Positions 1-12,232 of a stretch of DNA of 48,000 bases are shown here, one piece after another (within the stretch, counting starts at the first letter, position 1; each line of letters opens with the position of its first letter). The DNA is taken from the NCBI RefSeq assembly GCF_001194135.2, contig NC_068982.1, positions 32,644,308-32,692,307 of the forward strand, given 5' to 3'. Source of the DNA: Octopus bimaculoides (lineage: Eukaryota). The translations under genes were made by a program, and so were the position numbers. Below the pieces are notes generated by a model that was not told where the DNA came from, made no database searches, and saw only the letters and a program-made list of their open reading frames with translations.

Positions 1-102
1 ATATATATATACACATATATGTATATATATATATATACATACATATATATATATACACATATACATACACATATATATATATACACATATATGTATATAT
101 AT

Positions 103-141
<39 letters not shown>

Positions 142-167
142 TGTATATATATATATATACACATATA

Positions 168-199
<32 letters not shown>
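1..199. repeat. (TA)n/(TACA)n compound microsatellite
   Basis: Directly visible; explains the YIYIY pseudo-ORF 19..204. Confidence 0.95.
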
Positions 200-322
200 G
201 GTAAAAAATTAATGATTACGTGCGTTACATAGATAAAATGTTCAGTATTAGACAAAAAGACAACAAGCGGAATATATGACATACCTATATATATATATAT
301 ATAATTAAAAAAAAAAAAAAGT

Positions 323-428
323 CAATTCTTCGTCAGCATTCGGCCAGAGGGTCAAACGCAATTTCAGCCATTACCGGTAATGGCTGAAATTGCGTTTGAC
401 CCGCTAGCCGATAGCTGATGAAGAATTG
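323..428. repeat. 106-bp spacerless palindrome (hairpin/cruciform; possible palindromic MITE)
   Basis: 349-375 (gggtcaaacgcaatttcagccattacc) is the exact reverse complement of 376-402. Imperfect pairing extends to 323/428. Confidence 0.9.
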
Positions 429-606
429 GTGACCCTTTGTGTTTTTTGTTCGCCTGTGTATTTAGTATATGTTCGTTTCCCATATATATATATATATATA
501 TATATATGCATATTTTATTACTGCTATTATTTAAATATTATTTCATATGCTATTGGTTTTACTTTGTGTGTGTGTATACGTGCACGTGTGTGTCTGTGTT
601 TATATA

Positions 607-1197
607 GCAATCTTTATACCTTATTTAACGTGAATGCGTTATCAGAACGCCGAATACTGCAGTATTTGCCTTAAGAGATCCTGTCATTTAGAGGTACAAT
701 GCTAAGAGCACAGAAATTACTGCTAGCATTCGAGAATCGTGTAGTATGGGTATCAGAAGTTCCAGATCACGATATCTCAGGATACATGCCCTTCTTGAGA
801 GGTAGGCGTCTCCTCGCATCTTGCCAGTAAATCGAATAATACATCCACGTAAAGATTATCACTTCCGTCACTAATATTTATTTTGTAAAAAGCCTTCTTG
901 CTATTTGCGACATTAGTGGCTGAACGGTCACTGCTCTTCTATATAACTTTAACAGTGAGATTCAGCTGCTATGAGGAAGGAAAGCGGTCGCCCGTCACTG
1001 AAAAATCGCAGGTATACTCATTTTTAGCAGTTCCGGCACCCATGCTAAATGGTTCTTTTCTGCTAGTGATATTTGCCTGTGCTCTTAGCGCTGTACATCT
1101 ATGAAATGGCCTCTCAAGACGAATACGGCGTTCTAATAATACGTCCACGTGAAGTAGGATACGATGATTGCCTTTCGACATTAATAGCACTTCCGTC
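607..1197. mobile_element. Degenerate fold-back element(s), possibly related to the 7928-8419 MITE
   Basis: About 607-745 is a diverged inverted copy of about 1060-1171. The motif cacttccgtc (860-869 and 1188-1197) resembles the terminal gattgccaacttccgtc of the 7.9-kb MITE. Confidence 0.5.
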
Positions 1198-2182
1198 GCT
1201 TATATATAATTAAAACATTGTTGACAATAAAAATAGGTATACGTAATTCGCTGTATACGAGTACGCTATAAACAGAATTTGCTGATAGATACTAACCTAT
1301 ATCCACCTACATACAAATATATTCGAAAGCAAATGTACACAAATATGCAAAAATAAATGCACCCACTCTGCTCAAACCATCTGCTAATCTTCTGCTGTTC
1401 TTGTATATCCTTGACACAATTCCAACAGCCAAATACAATGTGAAGCGAAGCAACATTCTCATTAATGGTCGAGGAAAGCATACACACTCACAGGTGCTAT
1501 TCCTGTATTAAAATAGACACGCACCTTAGTCACACCTGACTATTATAACAGCATGATTCCACCAGAAGCAGATATAATGAAAACTTCCTCACCGCTTTTT
1601 TCTCTTTATTTTTTTTCTGTTTTTCTTGTTGCATATTACATGCTAGCGGTAAAAATAAATAAACACACATACTTCATTAATTTTGCATATCTTTCTACTT
1701 TTATAAAATCAAATATAGAATATTATTCTTGTTTTTCCTTGCGGCCAGGATGAAGCACGATCTTCGGTGGGATTTAATCGATGGTAACAACCCTTAATTT
1801 TTGTCAGGTATTTATGTTATTGGTTTCGCACGAATTAAGACGGAAGGAAAAGTCGACGCGCTGTAAAGGAACGCGACTGAAGGGAATTATAAAACCACAC
1901 CTACATAGTGTTTTGGATCGATGCAGCGATTTTGTCATCCCTCACCGATTTATACATACACATACTTATAAACACACCCGCTCAGAGACATGTGTATATA
2001 TGTGTGTGTGTGTGTGAATTGCTCGAAATACGGAGTAGAAAAACAGCCGACAACTGATGAAGGGTCGTTCTTTATGCTGCTTGTCCTGTTTTCCATTTGT
2101 TTTATTCGTTCGTAAAAAAAATGTTCGTATTCCATGTTTTCGTTCTATGATGTCCTGTAACCATATATGCATATGTAACATT

Positions 2183-2239
<57 letters not shown>

Positions 2240-2291
2240 ATATATGTATGTATGTCTATATGCACACACACACACATATATATTTATATAT

Positions 2292-2441
2292 ACGACGGAC
2301 TTCTTTCAGTTTTCATCTGCCAAATCCTCTCACAAGGCGTCGGTCGACCCGAGGTTATAGTTGAAGACGCCCAAGGTGCCACGCAGTAAGACTGAACCCG
2401 GAAACGTGGCTGGTTAGCAAGCTACTTACCACAGTCACACC
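2292..2441 (-). mobile_element. tRNA-derived SINE family B, 5' half (internal (CA/TG)n at about 2185-2290)
   Basis: Reverse complement reads ggtgtgactgtggtaagtagcttgctaacc...ccgggttcagtc...ggcaccttgggc...gaaactgaaagaagtccgtcg, with Pol III A/B-box-like motifs. Matches other copies in the window. Confidence 0.8.
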
Positions 2442-2972
2442 AGGGCCGGATCAAGACCCATAGAGGCTCTAAGCACTTAAAAGTATTCAACCCAATATAT
2501 AAAAAATAAACCATAAAATAATTTTTCAGTTTTCAAAATGAAACAAACTAACAGTAAGATGGAAAATAATGTATACTTCCACTTTATTTATATTTGGAAA
2601 GTTTTCTCCAGCTTTCTTTAATTGCAAAAGTCTGAACAGATCTTCGAAATTAATCTTACGTAACGCATCTGCTTCTCTTCTTAGTAAAAATAAAGCATCC
2701 AGCCTGCCTTGTCGCACAGTTGTTTTGGTGAGATTTTTAATATACTTCAACTGAGAAAATGAACGCTTTACTGAGGAATTTGTAACCATTAATGTTAAAA
2801 GTATACGAACGATAATGTCTACATTTGGAAAGGCACACTCAATAATGTTTATTTTAGCAAGTTTGAAACGAGTTCTAATGTGCCGTAAACTAGTTATAAT
2901 TTGGGTGGTGCACACCCTTCCCTCAATGCCCTAAGCACATGCTTATTTTACTTGTGGGATAAACCAGCGCTA
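2441..2972 (-). mobile_element. Non-autonomous hAT DNA transposon remnant carrying the transposase C-terminal dimerisation domain
   Basis: ORF 2526..2915(-) contains FPNVDIIVRILLTLMVTNSSVKRSFSQLKYIKN...RLDALFLL, the hAT dimerisation motif (FPN...L.T....S.ERSFS.LK.IK...R). Termini cagggccggatca and tagcgctggttta (reverse complement) are weak TIRs; no clean 8-bp TSD. Confidence 0.8.
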
Positions 2973-3202
2973 TATAAGACCTATCATACTTATAGGGGAT
3001 GTGAGTTTGTTCCACATGTACCCTTTGAACTTTTCTATCCAAAGAGTTTTTAAACCAAATGTTTATATTCTATTATATATAGCTTGTTTCGAGATCCACT
3101 CTTCCATGTTCTCTCGTACTTTATAAAATCTTATGACGTCAAGTATATATATTTATCTAAACAATAAGGATTGTTACGAATATGCATAGCATTACATTTA
3201 TT

Positions 3203-3241
<39 letters not shown>

Positions 3242-3731
3242 NNNNNNNNNNNNNNNNNNNNNNNNNNNNNNNNNNNNNNNNNNNNNNNNNNNNNNNNNNN
3301 NNNNNNNNNNNNNNNNNNNNNNNNNNNNNNNNNNNNNNNNNNNNNNNNNNNNNNNNNNNNNNNNNNNNNNNNNNNNNNNNNNNNNNNNNNNNNNNNNNNN
3401 NNNNNNNNNNNNNNNNNNNNNNNNNNNNNNNNNNNNNNNNNNNNNNNNNNNNNNNNNNNNNNNNNNNNNNNNNNNNNNNNNNNNNNNNNNNNNNNNNNNN
3501 NNNNNNCATATACATCATACAGTTGTATTCTGGATGTCTCACTCTGGCAATAAAAACAGTTGCACATGTTCCTTGTTGTTAGATAATTAATCATTATAAA
3601 AAAGTTAGATTCAATGCATGTATATAATTGGTAGTGTAACCCTCGTGAAGTACAACAATATTTGTTCCAACACAGTTTTACATGATGAGAAACATATACA
3701 AGAACTCTGGGTGCCTATGAGAGGGCAGGAA

Positions 3732-3774
<43 letters not shown>

Positions 3775-4404
3775 AAGAGAGATAGAGAGTTAGTAAATGG
3801 TAAACAACAGCAAGCATTTATTGATGGAAGGACTCGATACTAGAAAAAAAATCAAATTTTATATAAACTGGTGTTGGTTACGGTTTCTGAGAAGCGAATA
3901 CTGATTAGGATTGCAAGTGGAGACAACTGAAATGGAGTTAATTGTAGACACTTGTATCGGAGTGTTGGTGCCATAGTTCTCCGGATTATTGTTTTTTATT
4001 TATTTATTTATTTATTTATTGTAGCCCCAAGTCAACTCTGATCGCTGGTATTTTTTAAGAGTATTAATTATTTACATGCTATTATATATAGCTTTATTAT
4101 TTTCTGCGTCCTATCCATCTCAAAAAGGGGACAGTATTGTGTGAACTAGAGATAAAATTTGGTTATTATTTCTAGCAGATTGATCGGTAACAGAAAGGCT
4201 CTTTTGAGCTATATATCATACGGTGGCTCAGCTTTGCAGTACATAGATGATAAATTAACTTGTTCGACAACATGTTCCTGCGTCTCCCTAAAGAATATCA
4301 AAATACTAACCACTACCCACCCACCGTTTGCCAATGTTTAAAAGATAATCTTTCTGTCCAACTAGAAAAAAAAAGCAAATGAAATTAGATTTCCAAAAGA
4401 AGCA

Positions 4405-4640
4405 AACAAAACTGGATTGGCAGAATTGTTAGAGCAGCAAAAAAATGTCTAGCAGCGTGTGACTGAATTCTTTACATTTTGAGTTCAAATGCTACCGATG
4501 TCAGTTTTGATTTTCATCCTTCCAGAGGGTCATTGAAATCAAGTGCCAGTCAATGGGGTTAGTCGATGCAATCCGCTAACCCACTTCTCTTAAAATTGTT
4601 GGCCTTGAACCTAAATTTAAAATTGTTGTAGTTATTGTTA
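4405..4640 (+). mobile_element. Degraded SINE family A
   Basis: ttggcagaattgttag...gagttcaaatgctaccgatgtc...ttttcatccttcc...gtcgatgcaatc...ggccttgaacctaaattt, similar to younger copies. Confidence 0.6.
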
Positions 4641-6313
4641 TTGCCTCTTGTCCTAGACAAACGTGATTACATACAACTGCCAAGTTTGGATTCCATTTTA
4701 TGTTTTTTTTTAGCCAACAAATTGGAGTATTTATTTTGTCATATCACATACAAATGAAGGTATAAACTGTATTTTAACACGTTTTGCCCGGTTTAGGTGA
4801 CAAGCATGAAGAAATATCTTAGAACAATATATACTTTTTAAATTGATTAGCTTGCTTTCGGCACAAAGTGCTGATGCAAGATAGAGGCAACGTCCTCTCT
4901 GTCTAAAACTTTAACAAAAAAGAAAAAAAATGAATGTGAACTAGAATACTTTGCACAACGATACATGTAATTTAATTGGAAAAGAAAGACCTCTTTGTTG
5001 ATAATGATAGTAAAAGAACAGTTTCAGTGTATCAGTTAGCAATAACAACACACAGAGCTTTGTACATATGTACATACACATCCGTACACTCACACGCGCA
5101 CACACACACAAACAGCATTGTAGATATCGCTTCAAATAAGGCGCTTTGGGAGAGGGAAAGGGTAAACAGAGAAAAGAACTCTTGGCAGTGTTGTGCTTAC
5201 AAAGAGCTTTGTATCCTTGCACGATGAATTAGTCTAATGTCGGAAAAGGAGATATGTGACACACTTCTACCTCGCGAAGAGAATGGAAGTCCTCCATAAC
5301 CCTAGAAGACGAACAGAAACACACGAACCGATATATGGAAGTGGGTAGCTTCAATCGGACCAAGAGAATGCATGCAGTGGCATTCGCTTATTTTCAAGAT
5401 CGAAGACGAAACAAAACATCGTGTAGAAGCAGTGCAATGCAGACTACAGTTTATTGGGTTATACTGAAATAAATGGGTCAGTGCAATGCAAGAGTAAAAG
5501 TAAGAGTGTACTATGAGAAGCAACACTGATCTTCAGGTCCGAAGGAGTCAGCATAGATTTGGAAATTGGTATGTTCCTTCAATGAAAAGCGTTATGTGCC
5601 TAAAATGCTATTCCAGAGATATAGCCTAAATATAGCAGAAGCAAAAACAATGAAACTGTTGGTGCAGGATAGAAAGACCAGCAGTTAGAATTGCGTCAGT
5701 TGTGTCTCCTCCGAGTGTTTTGTGCTAGCGTTTAATTCCAGGTCAATCTTCATCGAAAAGGATCCATAATCAATGTCTATTTTTTATATATAATTTCTTA
5801 GTCTCTTTTTAAGATAAAAGATTGTGATTTAATGAATATTTGGCTCCTATCTCTAGCATGTCAAACGTTCACATGGTGGATACCACGTTGTCTGTAGCAG
5901 AAACACTCGAGGTTCAATGCAGATGCCAAACAACTTTTTCCGTGGTACTTATAATATCGACTGGTGGGACATACAAGCTAAAACCAACAGCTCGGGGCCT
6001 CTATATATCTCATAAGGCAAGGGATCTGCTCCTAGAAAGTTCAATTCCAAGGGACCTCAGTAAGGCCTCTTTATTTTGAAAGAGGAACAACATCAACAAG
6101 CGCAACTACAGTAAAAATAATATACGCATTTAATGTATGGTTCAGAAGTATACAGTTCCTTAAACTTCTTTTGAATGTGTGTATTCCTCAGGGAGAAAAC
6201 AAGCCCACCCATTCTTAAGAGTAGTTTTGTTAGAGTGATACCAAGGAATTTATATATCATAATATATATGAAATGATATTCATCAAGTGAATTTTATTAT
6301 TTAAATTTATTTT

Positions 6314-6520
6314 AAGGCGGTGAGCTAGCAAAAGCGTTAGCACGCCTGGCAAAATACTTAGCAGCATTTCGTTTGTCTTTACGTTCTGAGTTCAAATTCT
6401 TCCGAGGTCAACTTTACTTTTCGGACTCAATAAAAGGAGAACCATTCAAGTGCTGGGTTTCGACTTACCCCTCCCTTCAAAAGTTGATGGCCCTGTGCAA
6501 AAGTTTGAAACAATTATTTT
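6314..6520 (+). mobile_element. SINE family A
   Basis: aaggcggtgagctagcaaaagcgttagcacgcc (A-box) and gagttcaaattcttccgaggtcaac (B-box). Confidence 0.75.
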
Positions 6521-7927
6521 TAATTTATTTATCACATTACGGCAATACAGATATACACTAATGACATCACAGACGCTGTCTGTTAGAATGCAAAGAGTCG
6601 GAAAAGATACTGAAGACGTCCTGTCCGATGGTCCAACAATCCTGCCAAACAGTCGACCTAAACTGGAAATTTACTTGTCGACCTCCGAGTGCCAAAAATG
6701 CAAAGTTGACCTCAGCAGTATTTGAANNNNNNNNNNNNNNNNNNNNNNNNNNNNNNNNNNNNNNNNNNNNNNNNNNNNNNNNNNNNNNNNNNNNNNNNNN
6801 NNNNNNNNNNNNNNNNNNNNNNNNNNNNNNNNNNNNNNNNNNNNNNNNNNNNNNNNNNNNNNNNNNNNNNNNNNNNNNNNNNNNNNNNNNNNNNNNNNNN
6901 NNNNNNNNNNNNNNNNNNNNNNNNNNNNNNNNNNNNNNNNNNNNNNNNNNNNNNNNNNNNNNNNNNNNNNNNNNNNNNNNNNNNNNNNNNNNNNNNNNNN
7001 NNNNNNNNTATATATATATCCTAAAGTTTTCTGTCCAATGCTCTAAACCCTTCTGATACAAACTTGTCCGAGACTGCATCTGATTCTATCGTACAAACTT
7101 CCTGTTTTAAAGTGATCTAAATTAAAAATTTATCTCAAATTTTCATGTTAACTTATGTTCTATATGTTCCAAATGTCACCTTAATGATTCACCTTAATGA
7201 TACTGAAGGAAAAAAATAGAAAAGAAACGGACACCAAGAATTAAAAAGGTTAAGTCATAACGTTCAGAAACAGTATGGATGCCTTTCTGCTTTTTCATGT
7301 TGCTGTACAGTTGATTTTTAACCTTCATTTCATTGCAGTTGAACTTATAAGTAGCTGGCAAGATACTGGAATTTTATTCAATTGTCTGTACCATTCCTTT
7401 TGGCACTGTGCCAATGCTAAAAACCACCATCATTATCATCATCATGCTTATTATTATTATTGTTGTTAAATTATATTGTTATTGGCTGGGTAAACATGTA
7501 AGTTACAGACGCGATCGAATGATAGCTATTTTACAAGAAACCATCTTTACATGTCTAAACAATAGGGAATTGTAAAAATTATGACCATCTTTTCTTCGAA
7601 TCATCAGCTGAGCAATTGATGGAAAATACGCGTATTTCAAACGACCAAATGAAACTGCTTCTTATATTTAAGTATTTTCTACCGTAGAGTCGTGTTGATC
7701 AATAACCTTAAACTTCTGAATTTAGTATACATAAGTTTTATAAAAAGCTCACCGTATCTATGTAAATATGTATAGTTTATTTTGGGCAAAAATCCTCGAA
7801 TTGCACGTTTAAAAGATCCTATACTTCTGACCGGCTACCATATGTTAATTATATCCAAGGGTAACTCAGGGTATGGGTCTGCATGCGGAATTTATTTCTG
7901 CTTAGGGTTAATATAGTTGTAGTAATA

Positions 7928-8419
7928 ACATGAGGATGGAAGTTGACAATCTTTGATGATATATCAAAACATGTTTCTGCACCCAACACCAGCGTCAAGT
8001 TGCAATTTTCATATAACATCAAGATTACTCTTAATACTTATGTAATTGAATATTTTTTAACAGCTCTCTGTGGTCACTTCATTGAGTGACGTCTGAGAAA
8101 GACTGCCAAAAATGTTACGGGATTCATCAATTCAAAGATGTATTGAATTGATTTCATTCCACAAAAAGAATTAAATTATTTAATTGGTGGAGAGTACTGT
8201 ACATCCTTGAATTTATGAATCCTGTAAAATTTGACAATCTGACTCGGACTCCACCCGACGAAGAGACCACAAAGAGTTGTTAAAAATATTGAAATACATA
8301 ATTATTAAGAGTAATCTTGATGTTATATGAATATGAAAATTGCAACTTAATGCTGGCGTTGGGTGCAGAAATATATGCTGTGACATATCATTAAAGATTG
8401 CCAACTTCCGTCCTCATGT
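7928..8419. mobile_element. About 490-bp fold-back MITE with about 215-bp arms and TA flanks
   Basis: 7928-8142 is an inverted copy of 8200-8419 (acatgaggatggaagttgacaatcttt... versus ...aaagattgccaacttccgtcctcatgt). Loop about 57 nt; TA at 7926-7927 and 8420-8421. Confidence 0.85.
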
Positions 8420-8860
8420 TATAGAGAATCAAAGACGATGTATGAACGCTAAGCTTTTGCCGAACGACCTGCACAAATGATTTGTTTATAGTGATCAAAT
8501 GTCCGTGCTGCACATTAGCTCACTCTCTCCATCAAATCGACGTTGTCCGAACAGGTGCACTGCGTGCCACTCGTCAGGTGTCGAAGTATATTTTCCATTT
8601 GTCTTGTCCGCTTATGTTCTGGTGTTTGCTAAATTTTTTCCGGAGAACATTATTCTTCTTTGTGGTTGGGTCGTTGATGACCTCTTTCTAGCATATTGGA
8701 TGTCCACTTAGTGGTCATCCCTTCTTATACGCATGTAATACAATTTATCTGGATTTTCAGATTTTTTATATGCTAGGCCACTGGTTTTAAATTGATGTTA
8801 AATTAATATTCAATTTATCACCCTCAGTATATAAATATATATACATATATATATATATAT

Positions 8861-8891
<31 letters not shown>

Positions 8892-10002
8892 TGGAAGGTG
8901 TGTATTCCTATGTGTGAATGTGTGCGTTGATGTATATCGGTGAAGTATATAAACATTGTCGAGATAAACCAGAAGCCGGTACTTCATAATTGAAATCCCT
9001 TGGGATATTTGTTCTAATCCAAATTACATACACTCCCTCGTCACTCTGGCTGTCAATAAATAATAATGCAAACCACTGGAAACTCTAACTAAACTGTGAT
9101 AATGGAATATAGAAAATAATAAAATATATATAATCCATCAAAAAATTACCACTTAATACATTTGAATGTTAAAATTCCTTAGTATCACACAAACCAAGAC
9201 CACCCATATGATTGGGCACTCTTGTCTTGTCCCGTCGGGAATACACAAATACTCGAAAGAGAAATATTACAGTATATATTTCATGTACTGTGGTGTTTAA
9301 GGTGTACATTTATGCCTTATACATAAACGGAATATTAACGCTGATGTTGATGTTGCCTTTGCTGAAACTTGATCGAACCAGCCTATAATCATGTTTTACA
9401 ACTGCGACCACTTTTTTTTCTGTGTATTCAGGACGGTATTGCCTAATGTGTTTTCTAAGTTAGTAAAATGCTATTTGAGCGTAGTTTGACTGTTAATTCT
9501 ACCAGATCGAGTGGCTGCCGAGAGGCTCCTGCGTCACTCTGTATATATTATATTTTTTTAAGTTTTGACAGGAAAGCTAATAATAATAATAATAATTTCA
9601 TTTATTTGCCATCAGGGTGAATAATCCTTTCTACTACAGACACAAGGTCTGAAATTCTGTGGGGAGGGAACCGCTAAGCATTTCTCTCTGGCGTGCTAAT
9701 GACTGTCAACTTAATAATAATAATAATAATAATGATAATAATAATAATCTTGGCACAAGGCCTGCTATTACGAAGGGTTGGGTAAGTCGATTACATCGAC
9801 CCTAGTACTTGGCTGGTAATTATCTTAACCTGGAAAGAATGAAAGGCAAAGTTGACGTTGGTGGCGTTTGAACTCAATGTACAGAGCCGGAAGAAATGTT
9901 AATGATTTTGTCAGATGTGCTAACGATTCTACCACTTTGTTTCTAATTTATACACAAAGCTATCAATTTAGATTGGGTGATTAGCCGATATTACTTGACT
10001 GG

Positions 10003-10212
10003 AAGGAGGTAAGCTGGAAGAAACGTTAGCACGCCGGGTGAAACGCGGTATTTCGTCTGTCTTTACGCCCCGAGTTCAAATCCGCCGAGGTCGACTTTGC
10101 CTTTCATCCTTTCGGGGTCGATAAATTAAGTACCAATTGCGTACTGGAGTCGATCTAATCAACTGGCCCCCTCCCCCAAAATTTCGAGCCTTATGCCTAG
10201 AGTAAAAAAAAA
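10003..10212 (+). mobile_element. Young SINE-A (A1 tail) with 16-bp TSD
   Basis: Near-consensus body with an oligo(A) end; gatattacttgactgg is duplicated at 9987-10002 and 10213-10228. Confidence 0.9.
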
Positions 10213-10583
10213 GATATTACTTGACTGGTACCTCAAGGACACTGAACGGACGAAAAGCAAAGCTGACTTTGGTGCAATTCGAGCTCAGAACATAATGACC
10301 CCACAGAAATATCGCAGGGTAGTCCATCCTGCGATCTAACTATTGTGCCATTCTACCGCACCCATTCTGATACTTGACTGGGTAATTTATTTTATCAACC
10401 CCCGGAAGATTAAATGACAAAGTTTATCTCAGCTGTATTTGAAACCAAAAACGCAACAAAGCGGAACAAACACGTACAGTATTTTGTCTGACACTTTTAC
10501 GATTTTGTCAACCCATCGCTCTTAATTTTTTTCTAGCATAACCATAAATCCAGTAACTCTAATGAGAATGGGTTAATCGATTA

Positions 10584-10894
10584 GGTGTGTGGCTTAGTGG
10601 TTAGGGTATTCGGCTAACGGTCGTAAAGGTCATAAGTTTGAGTTCTGACGGCGCGTTGTATCCTAGAGCAAGACACTATATATTTCAAGTTTCTACAGTC
10701 CACTCAGTTGCAACTTTACTTCAAATTGCCTGCCTTGTCACATTCTGTGTCATGCTGAATATCGCCCTGGGAACTACGTTAAGGATACACGTGTCTGTGG
10801 ATTGCTCAGCCACTTGTACGTTAATCGCACGAGCAGGCTGTTCCGTTGGTCGGAACGATTAGAACTGTTGTCGTTGTAATCGACGGAGTGCCAA
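10584..10894 (+). mobile_element. Full-length SINE family C with 10-bp TSD
   Basis: A-box tggcttagtgg, cctagagcaagacact central motif, 3' end gtaatcgacggagtgcc. taatcgatta is duplicated at 10574-10583 and 10895-10904. Confidence 0.85.
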
Positions 10895-11716
10895 TAATCG
10901 ATTACATCGCCCTCAATACTTGACTAGTGTTTCATTTTATCAACCTAGGAAAGATGAAAGCCAAATTGACATAGGTAGAACTTGACTTCAGAATGTAAAG
11001 ATCCAGAACAAATACCTAAGTTATTTTGACTGACGTTCTAACGGTCTTGTCAATCTACAACCCTATTTTCTCACATAGGCACATGGCCAAATATTTATTC
11101 TAGAGGAGTTGGGATATATCTATCCATACATATATTATATATCAACGCAGTAGTTGCCTGGCACTTTATTTTATCGACATCCCGGAAGGATAAAAGGCAA
11201 CGTCGTCCCCCACTAGTATTTGAATTTATTATAGAAAGCAAGGAATCTTGTCCAATACATCCGTTCCCTTTATAAATCCCATTAATAAAGATTTCTTGCT
11301 TTGGCACATAGCCACATATATGTAGTCAATTTAATGTCGCACCACCAATACCACCACCACCACTAATCTACATGGAGCTGCTGAGTACATATTTTAGCGA
11401 CTCCGAAATGTGAAAGGCAAAGTGCTGAAGTATGCAGAGTATATTATATGTAGGTGTACAGGCAATAGTTAAATCCTTAGCATGCTTTCACACTGATATT
11501 TAAATAAATATTAACGATCTTCAGTGGTCTATATACCTTGGCTTTACATGCAATGCAGAGATTGCTAACGGTATCTTGGGTAGCTGCTTGAAATCATAGT
11601 ATGAGTCTAATTACAAGCTGTTCCTTCAAACGCATTACACACACATCTCTCTCTATAAACACTCACGCGTGTATGTTTGCGAGAGCGCGTGAGTGTATGC
11701 ATATACATATACATAC

Positions 11717-11760
<44 letters not shown>

Positions 11761-11777
11761 TACATACATATACACAC

Positions 11778-11915
11778 AATTGTTAAACAGGACAGCAAAC
11801 ATTAAGGCTGGGAAAACATCTCAAGACGCATACAATATTATTATAGGAAGAATAATATTGCATACGACTTGAGATGTTTGCCTTGCCTTAATGTTTACTG
11901 TCCTATTTGACAATT
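11778..11915. repeat. 138-bp hairpin (65-bp arms, 8-nt loop); MITE-like
   Basis: 11778-11842 versus the reverse complement of 11851-11915: 9 mismatches in 65 by hand count; loop ataggaag. Confidence 0.85.
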
Positions 11916-12176
11916 ATTTATCCGCTGCATCGGAAATCTGCAATGGCTCCATAACTACCGCCCGGCTATGAACTCGGAGGCCCAGTAACCTGTTACAGCA
12001 CTTACCTAGCGAACGTAATCGTTTAGATCACCTGTGAACTAAACCCCTATATTTTGTTTGTTTGTATGTATAATATATATATATATATACATAATACTAT
12101 TAGGGACAAAATCCAAAATTACAGGTAAAAACTCAATTTCATCGATGAGTTCTTGAAACATGGTCCTTTTCTCTAA

Positions 12177-12231
<55 letters not shown>

Positions 12232-12232
<1 letters not shown>

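Larger units (their letters stand above)
9600..11230 (-). mobile_element. Cluster of about 7 degraded head-to-tail SINE-A copies, containing two younger nested insertions
   Basis: Repeated gtcgattacatcgacc...gaaaggcaaagttgac...tttgaactca...gctaacgattct modules separated by (AAT)n tails. Confidence 0.75.

Noticed and set aside
8440-8720. Possible mariner transposase remnant on the minus strand
   Set aside because: Only a short motif (gatgacctctttct) is shared with the 15.9-kb mariner-like segment; no TIR or recognisable translated motif.
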